NCBI GenBank assembly: GCA_031409275.1
Contig: JANNXA010000008.1
Location: forward strand, 1 to 11,341
DNA length: 11,341 nt
Source of the DNA: Planctomycetota bacterium
GTDB lineage: Bacteria; Planctomycetota; B15-G4; SIAN01
Reading direction: 5' to 3'
Both the position numbers and the translations under genes were made by a program. Shown here piece after piece: positions 1-7,348 of this stretch. Positions within the stretch are counted from its first letter, which is position 1; every line of letters begins with the position of its first letter. The notes under the pieces are model-generated. The model was not told where the DNA came from. It searched no databases and saw only the letters and a program-made list of their open reading frames with translations.

Positions 1-139
1 GCGAGTTGATCAAGGCGATCAACAACTTCATCACGATCAGCAACGAGAGCCCACGTCGCTTCATCTGGACGAAGAGCGCGGACGAGATCCTCGACAGCGT
101 TGCGGCATTTTGCCAACGAACTTCTACCTCAGGACACTA
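1..139 (+). mobile_element. IS630-family insertion sequence, right end (partial); inserted at a TA within CTAG inside the RT gene
   Basis: The transposase C-terminus runs into the terminal sequence ...ACTTCTACCTCAGGACAC-TAG. The stop codon overlaps the element end and the TA target (138-139, CTAG at 137-140), which is typical of IS630 elements. The left end lies outside the window. Confidence 0.85.
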
Positions 140-140
140 G
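3..140 (+). CDS. IS630-family transposase, C-terminal 45 aa (5'-partial)
   Basis: Not in the ORF track; translated by hand from position 3: ELIKAINNFITISNESPRRFIWTKSADEILDSVAAFCQRTSTSGH*. The N..P..F.WTK.ADEIL..(V/I)..FC.RT..SGH* tail is characteristic of IS630 DDE transposases. Confidence 0.88.
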   Translation, partial: ELIKAINNFITISNESPRRFIWTKSADEILDSVAAFCQRTSTSGH

Positions 141-2423
141 CCTTGCCCAGTGATCGACGGCCTCGCGCTCGCTCCGCCGCTCCGACTGCAAGCCGACGCA
201 CTCTGGGTCAAGCTCGGCAAGATCGCGGAGTGAGAGTGGGCGCGTCGGAAAGACGTATGGCAGCAACGACTCCTGCGATTCCTCGACGCCAGCTTCCTTC
301 CCCGCGGCCAACCGAGCCGTTCGAGTCCTCTTGAGGAAGCCTCGCATCGTCTCGATCTCGCCGTCTAGCTCGAAAGCACGTTCGAGTTCCTCGGTACTGG
401 CCTGAGACGAGCGCTGATCGGAAACACGACCATACTGCCGCTGAATCTCCTTCAGCGAAAACCGCGCAAGATCACCGAAGCCGAGCCGGCCAGCCATCGT
501 GGAAAGGCTCGTCGCATTGAGCTTGATCTCCTTCAGAAGGTCGTGAGCGTGCGCTGGAACATCAATCGGTTCCGCTCGGTGGTCTTTCGCACTCCAAGGC
601 CACGCTCGCAGGATGGCATCCTGAGCGAGAGAACGAAGTGCGACCATCGCGAGCCTCCAGGCTTTGTCAGCATCGCCCGCGAGTCGATAACCGTTGAGCT
701 TCACACCGCTCACCGCGCTTACTTGAGGCCCTTTTCTTGAGCGCGCTTGTGATGGCTTCCGCGTCACTGCACGTCGGAGTTTCTCCATCGCCGACTTCGC
801 ATGGCGGTAGAGCGCCGTGGCCTCGCTCCAATCACAAGACGCGACCGCAAGTCCCAGAAGACGTGGCAGCGAATCGAAGTAATCGAGCATTCGCTCCGGT
901 CGAAGCACATGGTCCTTGGCGAAGCGATAGAAAGCCCGGCGTCGCTTCGCCCACGTCGCAGGATCAAGATCCCGTTCGAGCGTTTCGACGTTGCGCAGTT
1001 GAATCGACCATCCGAGTCGACGAATCGAGGCACCGTCGGCGCGGCGCAGCGCGTCGGGCGTTTCGCGTGCGTCGCCGGTCGCCGTGAGTACGCCTGCAGC
1101 AGCGGAACGAATGAGATGCTCCGGATCGGGCATCAGGCGCCGCTCACTCGAAATCTCGGCGATCTGTCGTTCGATTTCCTCGACGAGGTCCGTCCCGCCG
1201 TCGCCGCCAAGAAAGAACACCCGGTGCTTCGATTCCTGTAGTCGGAGGTGCGTAGCGCCCTGATACGCGCCGAGATGAATGGTTCGTTCCCCATCGGATG
1301 CGCCGCTTAGGGTGCCGTCGGGCAATTGCCTGCGGATACGCTCCAGAAGTTCGCTGGACTCGCCGATGTCTCCCGCGTCGCGCAAGACCAGGAACACGTC
1401 GTCGACGTAGCGGCCGTAGTAGATCGGTGTGAGTGCAGTTGAGATCCGCTGATCCCATTCACGCAAGAGGACGTTCGCCATGACGCGGCAGGCTGTCACC
1501 CCAATCGGGATGCCGCCGATACGGCCGTCGCTCCCGTTAGGGACTCTTGTGAACTGCCCGCCGAGTCCGCTGATCTTGTCGACGCATCGACTCGACCACG
1601 CTTGAAGAAGTGCCAACACGATTGATGTGAACTCGGACTCAACTGCGGTGAGGCCAGTCCTGTCTTGCGGCGGTAGATCGTCGTCCCGCTCACCCAGCCC
1701 GATTGCGAGATGGAAGCGCGTGTCGGCGATGAAGCTGGGATCGATGCGGTGAAAGTAATCCTTGATGTCGAGTGTCAGTCCTATCACCTTCTCTTTCGCG
1801 GCGAGCGCTCGCCGCATCGCGTCGAGGCCGTCCTTTCTCCAGCGGCGGTACGCCAGGAAGTACGGAGCCATGCTGCCCGTCGCGCGCAAATGGTAGGGAC
1901 GGGTGTTGGGTGTGCCGTCATCGCCAAATCTGCGCAGTCGGCAACCGTAGGCGTGCTCGTCAAGGCAAGCATCGAAGCGATGACCGATTCGATTCACCCA
2001 AAGCGCCGAGAGGATATGGAAGTCGACCGGAAAGCGGCTGGCGACCCGGAATTCCGCTGTCAACCGTTGATGGCGCGATAGGTGTTCAAGTGCTCTCATC
2101 GGATCAGAGAAGTAGGCGTGCCCAGACGACGACTTACCTCGCTTTGCGTTCGCCTCCTCGAGCGAGATCTTTTTCGCGACGAGGACGGTTTTTCCCAGGA
2201 GCTTCACGTCCCCCCGAATCGACGTGCGATCGCTCTTCGATCGGAGCCGCTCAAGCAGGGCCCGGAGGTTCGATTCGAGCCGCACCTCGTACGCGGCAAA
2301 CCTGCGCGCCATGGGAATCGAGCGCTCAAAAAAGCAGTCGGCCTTGGCCTTCCGATACGCAAAGACCAAGTCGGACAACTGGAGTTCGCTCCAGGCGTTC
2401 AGCCTGCGCGTCTCGCTCATCAT
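129..2423 (-). CDS. Defence-associated reverse transcriptase (Abi/UG class, DRT1/UG1-like RT-nitrilase family), C-terminally truncated by IS630
   Basis: 764-aa ORF with RT motifs LTLDIKDYFHRI (~1752-1772), GIPIGVTACRVMANVLL and YYGRYVDDVFLV (YVDD at 1398-1409). The N-terminal AYRKAKADCFFE and the downstream ISSERRLMP, DALRRAD, LPRLLGLA and FPTRP segments match my recollection of RT-nitrilase proteins. The final codons and TGA derive from the IS end. RT identity is strong; the subfamily call is moderate. Confidence 0.88.
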   Translation of the reverse strand: MMSETRRLNAWSELQLSDLVFAYRKAKADCFFERSIPMARRFAAYEVRLESNLRALLERLRSKSDRTSIRGDVKLLGKTVLVAKKISLEEANAKRGKSSSGHAYFSDPMRALEHLSRHQRLTAEFRVASRFPVDFHILSALWVNRIGHRFDACLDEHAYGCRLRRFGDDGTPNTRPYHLRATGSMAPYFLAYRRWRKDGLDAMRRALAAKEKVIGLTLDIKDYFHRIDPSFIADTRFHLAIGLGERDDDLPPQDRTGLTAVESEFTSIVLALLQAWSSRCVDKISGLGGQFTRVPNGSDGRIGGIPIGVTACRVMANVLLREWDQRISTALTPIYYGRYVDDVFLVLRDAGDIGESSELLERIRRQLPDGTLSGASDGERTIHLGAYQGATHLRLQESKHRVFFLGGDGGTDLVEEIERQIAEISSERRLMPDPEHLIRSAAAGVLTATGDARETPDALRRADGASIRRLGWSIQLRNVETLERDLDPATWAKRRRAFYRFAKDHVLRPERMLDYFDSLPRLLGLAVASCDWSEATALYRHAKSAMEKLRRAVTRKPSQARSRKGPQVSAVSGVKLNGYRLAGDADKAWRLAMVALRSLAQDAILRAWPWSAKDHRAEPIDVPAHAHDLLKEIKLNATSLSTMAGRLGFGDLARFSLKEIQRQYGRVSDQRSSQASTEELERAFELDGEIETMRGFLKRTRTARLAAGKEAGVEESQESLLPYVFPTRPLSLRDLAELDPECVGLQSERRSEREAVDHWARLVS

Positions 2424-2450
2424 GCATGTCTCTCGAAAGCGCTGCGCTGA

Positions 2451-5400
2451 TCAACCAAAGAGGTTTCTCTGCGGCTTGGAGGTCGCTGCGTCTGTCGGAG
2501 TCACCTCCGTGACGCGGTGCGACAACTCCTCAGGTCTCTCGGACTTCATCGCAACCAGAAGTTCGTCGTAGCCCGACGCGCCCAGCAGGTTGCGAGCGTG
2601 AAGACGACAATCCCGGCTGGAATCATCAGCGGCTAGGGCGGTTTGAGCTTCGTTGAAGCCCGTACCGAAACGGGAGCGAACAGGTTGAGGATGCTTGGCG
2701 CGGTCGTCGTGGCCGAGGCCGTAGTCGGCGAGGCGGAGCGTCTCGGGAAGGAGCCAGCCTTCGCAGTCGTTCTGGGCGAAAAAGGCGGCGATGCCTTGCT
2801 CGCGTTCTCCGCCGCAGGCGGCGACCTTCTGTTCGAGGTCGTGGAAGGCGACGAGGGTCAAGACGGTATGGCGGAGTTCTGGGTCCTTGTTCTTGTCGAC
2901 GCGCCAGAATGATGTTGGCGTCAGCTTCTCAGTGATCGCCCGATCGGTGATTCGATCGATGGGGAGATCGCACTCGCGCATTAGGTCGCGCGCTTCAACC
3001 CACTTCAGTCGGTATGTGCTCATCACCAGCGCATCGATTGCGATTCGTTTCGCGGTGCGTGCGGCGGACTCCGGAACTTGCGCGAGTAGCGCGAGCATCT
3101 GGCGCGCGAGTAGTTCGATCTCAAACGAGTCTCGCTTTGGCACTGGGAGCACTTCGAGAAGAGAGATCGGGATCGACTCATCTACTTGAGTCCGCGCGAC
3201 GAAGTCGAGAACGAAGCTCTGAAGCAGCGTGAACGCGGCGACCGAACCAAGGACGTCCTCGGATCGACAGACTTCGATCGTGTAGGTCGTCGGAACTCCA
3301 GGGGGAACGATGCACGCCATGAGCGTCCGCGCGTCTGTGTTCCGTCCGATGCGGCGCACTCCGTGCGGAAATCGGCCGTGGGTTTTGCCAACTGCATCGT
3401 TGGTCTTGACGAAGAGTTCCGGCTGCTTGATCCAAGCGTCGAAGGCGCAGGTCTTCCCCTCCCAAACCGGAAGAAACCCGTGCTTGAGTAACCGTGCTCG
3501 AACAGCGAGTGAGCGAACATCGTCAGCCGCGGACAGTGCGCCCTGCGACTCGACTCGTGATCGCGACAGGAGTTTGTTGGAGTCGTTGGTCATGTCGAAT
3601 TCGCGGGCGTACTTGATGCCCCAGCCATCGGGGCCGTCGTCGCCGAGGAGGACCGAGTTCGAGTAGATCTTCTCGAGGATTTCGAGATCGCGCTTCGACT
3701 GGATCTCGAGGATGGCCTTCGAGCGCGGGCTGAAGCGGTCGACCTGCGCGCGCGTGTAGGGCGTCGCGAACTCCTCGGCCCGCTCCCAGTCCTCGAGTCG
3801 CCGCCGCATGAACGCGGTGCGGATCGCTTCGGTGCGGCCGCCCTTCTGCACCACGATCGGGTTGAACTTGAAGGAGCGGTGGATCTCGAAGATCGCGTCG
3901 CGGTTCTCGAAGCCGAAGAGCCACTCCCAGCGGCAACGATCGAGGAAGAGCGCGCGCAGGCCGCCGGTGCCGTGGTCGGAGTAGAGGCCGGAGGGGACGA
4001 TGAAGCCAAGACGGCCGTCGGCGCACAGCAGCGCGTGGGCCTGCTCGAGGAATAGCTTGTAGAGGTTGAGGTCGGCGGAGCCCTGATGGCGAAAGGAGTG
4101 CGCGGCGTCGGCGAAGCCGGCGGTATTCGCCCGCGCGCTGCGCCACCGCTCGTGGAGTCCGTCGTTCTGCTTGCCGCGTGCGATGCTGAACCGGTCGCCG
4201 TCCTCGATCGGCCCCTTCGGATCGCCGAACGGACTCGCGACCTGGCCCATGAAGTTCGACTGGGCGCGTAGGTCAGCGTTGTAGTCGAGCCAGGAGCGCT
4301 CGATGGCCGCGTCCGCGAAGAGTTCCGACTGGCGAGCAAGCGCTTCCTGCTTGCCGTACGAGCGGTAGAGCGGGTCGATGTTGGAGAAGAACTCCTTCGA
4401 GTTGGGCTTCGCGATGTCCCACGGCGGGTTGCCGAGGATTGCGTCGAATCCCGCTCCGCTCGTGCGAAAGACATCGGGGAACTCGAGTTCCCAATGGAAG
4501 AAGCGCTTTGCGGCGGCGACCCTCGCGGCAACCTCGCGCGTCTTCGCGTCAGGCGCGCCGAACTTGGAAGGCAGCGGGGCGCTCGCAAGCTCGTCGGCGG
4601 GCCAGTACCAACCGGCGCACCAGAGGTCCATCGCCTCCTTGAGCTTGCGGTAGCCCTCGCCGCCGAGGAACTCCTGGCGATAGAGGCGGCCACGCTCGGC
4701 GCTCTCGTTGACGGGCAGGTCGTGCAAGCGGGAAAGGGTCGTCCTTGCCGCAGCGAGGACGTTTTCCGGCGACGGACCGAGCGGACGAAAGACCCGCTGC
4801 TGCTTGATCAGCACGTCCGCGAGATCAGACCCAAGCTGCTTCGCGAACTCCTTGATCGCCTTGCCGCGGGCATCCTTCTGGAAGTGGACGCCGTTACCGT
4901 GGCCCTTGTCGCCTCCTTCGCGGTTCTTCCACGCCATCACGGGATAGTGCTGGAACTGGTCGAACCACGCGCCGACGAGCGAGTTGCCGCACTTGATCTT
5001 GTGATCGAGGAACGAGAACGGCAGCGACCGATCCATCGTCTCGATCCAGAGTGCGAGGCGGCAGAGCTCGACGGCAAGCGGATCGAGATCGACGCCATAG
5101 AGGCAACGCTCGACGACGTGGCGGCGCAGCAGCGCCTTCAAACGCGGCTCGAAGAGCGGGTCGTCGGGACGACAGGGCAGGAGTTCGCTCGCGAGCGACT
5201 CCGCGCCCGGATCGGCGGAACGCGGTCCCGCCGAGGGCGCAGCGAGCAGGCCGAGGAGTGCACGATCGCCGTCGCCCAGGATCCGCTGGTGGTGATGCAG
5301 TGAGACGTAGAGCGCGTCGGTCAGGAAGCGCAGCGCGGCTACCGGGAAGGTGCCCGAGCCGCAGCCGGGATCGCAGACCTTGAGTGCGAGGATCTCTTCG

Positions 5401-7348
5401 GGACGCCGTGGCACCCACGCCGCCGCAGGCGCGTCGAGGATCGGCTGGCCGTCGGCCCCCGCCGGCGGGGTGAAGGCGAGCGGACGCAACGTCCGTTGCA
5501 CCGTCGGGACGGCGAGTCCGGGGCGCGTATAGAACGTGCCAGATCCCTTTCGCGTGCCACCCCAGCGGACGAGGTAGCGCTCGCCGGGCAGCACGACGCG
5601 CGTCACCAGTTGGCGCGCCTTCCGGCCGATCCGCTCCTCTTGGACGAGTTCCTTCTCGGGCGTGGACTTGCCGCGCAGCTTCGGAACGAGACCCGCCGCG
5701 AGTACGGCAAGGCGCGCCCACTTCTCCGCGCGAGTTCGAGTTGTGCGGCGGTGATCGCCGTCGTCCACCACCTCGGGTTCGGTCGGCTCGGTTGGCTCGT
5801 CGGATTCGTCGCCAGCGGCCTCGTCGCCCGCTTCCGCGGTGGCGGTTGCTTCGGTCGCGACCTCTTGGTCGCCGCTCTCGGTGTCCTCGTCCTTGCTCGT
5901 GTCCTTCATCTTCTCGAGCAGGTTCTTGATCGCGTTGTCGTCCATCGCTTCGAGGCGCGACAGCGGCAACGCCGGCTGGTTGCCGACGGCGAGGAAGACG
6001 ACCGGCTCGTTCGGCGGCGCGGTCTTCAACTCGAAGTCGAGCAGTCCTTCGTAGAGGATTCCGATGTACTCGCTCGAAAGGTCGGTGAAATCGACCGGCG
6101 ACGGGACCGAGATGGCGCCGCGCCCCTGCCGGACCTTCACGCGCGTTCGCGTGAGCCGCTCGAGCATCCGATGGACGTCGGCGTCGGAGATTGGTGCGCG
6201 GGAGGCGTCGAAGCAGTCGTCCTCGAAGACTTGGAGCGCGCGCGTCGGGCCATCGCGCGAGCTGTCGCTGGCATCCGGAGGCGCAGGCGCGAAGAGATCA
6301 CCGCCGTAGGCCGGAACCGGCAGGGTTGGATGGTGCGAGCCGGTGTAGACGAGCCGGAAGAGGCCCAGCACGCGCGGCCACGCCGACGACGATTGCGCGA
6401 GCCGTCCTCCGCCCCGCGCCGCGATGCGCTCGAGTCCTTCGAGCAGGCCGGAGAGGCCGTAGCTCCCGTGGTAGAGGGCGTTCGTGCGCGGCAGGAGTTC
6501 GCGCGATTCTCCGAAGAGGATCACGACCATTCGCATCACGACGCGCACGGCGGCGCGGTAGACCTCGGACGGCGCCACGTCGGCGCAGCGCTCCGCGAGC
6601 GACGCGGCGTGCGATTGGATCAGGATCTCGACCGCCTCGCGCACACGCTCGCCGAGGATCGCGGAGAGTTCCGCCTGTCCCTTGCGGCTGTCCTGAATCG
6701 CCTGCAGCAGCGGCGAGGGCGCGTCCTTCGACTCCGGCACCCAGAGGCGCGGCGAGAGCAGCGTGCGCAGTGCCGCGACCTGCGGGGAGAGCGTCCCCTC
6801 CTCGAACCAGAGATCGAGGTCCCACTCGCACCAGGCGTCGAAGTCGAGACCGGCGTAGAGCAGCCGCCACTGCCGACCGTTGGTGAGGAGCGCGAGCTTC
6901 TCGTTTCCGGCGCGCAGCCACTGCAGGACCTGGCTCGTCTTCTTTCGGCCACGACCGATGCCGATGCGGCTGCCGGCACGATCGTCCGTGTCGAGGAAGA
7001 CCGGCAGGACGCCACCTTGCAGGCCGCGCCAGAGGAGGCGCGGCTTGACCGACTCGCCGACGAGGTCGCTGCGGCTCCAGTCGGTGCCGACCTGCGGGCC
7101 GCGCTGCCAGTTCCCTAGCTCGGAGGAGAAGCCGCAGATCGACTGCAGCACGAAGGCGACGAAGTCAGAGACGTCGTTGCGGTCGGCTCGATCGGCAAGC
7201 AACGCGCTGGCGCGGCGGCGCAGGGCATCCTCGTACCAAGGAGCAGCGGATCGGGGACGTGTTCACCAATGCGGCGCAGACGCGCGGGATCGAGGAGGAG
7301 GCCGCCGTGGCGGAGGCGGTCCCACCCGAAGAGTTCGGGGGCGCTCAC
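2451..7348 (-). CDS. drmMI: Large N6-adenine DNA methyltransferase, DISARM DrmMI / type IIG (Eco57I-like) architecture; frameshifted near 7244 (about 1632 aa if repaired; main open frame 2451..7262)
   Basis: RKGSGTFYTRP, SAM-binding motif I VCDPGCGSGTF (5352-5372), LYGVDLDP, catalytic motif IV GFDAILGNPPW (NPPW at 4419-4430), DLNLYKLFLE, and N-terminal LLTNGRQWRLLY. A GTG at 7348 overlaps the helicase TGA (GTGA). Frame A (MSAPELFGWDRLRHGGLLLD...EHVPDPL) joins frame B (PWYEDALRRRASALLAD...) if one base is added. The gene symbol is inferred from its position after a drmD-like gene. Confidence 0.85.

Noticed and set aside
110..334. 74-aa plus-strand ORF at the IS/RT junction
   Set aside because: It is a chimeric frame spanning the IS end and the antisense strand of the RT, with no motif.
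129..2450. Retron, group II intron, DGR or CRISPR-associated RT interpretation
   Set aside because: Only 27 nt lie upstream, leaving no room for msr-msd or intron RNA. I saw no retron VTG motif, maturase/HNH domain, TR/VR repeat pair, cas1 or CRISPR array in the window.
7115..7348. Independent 77-aa small gene between the helicase and the MTase
   Set aside because: Better explained as the frameshifted N-terminus of the MTase; after about residue 35 it overlaps the MTase frame and reads as out-of-frame sequence.
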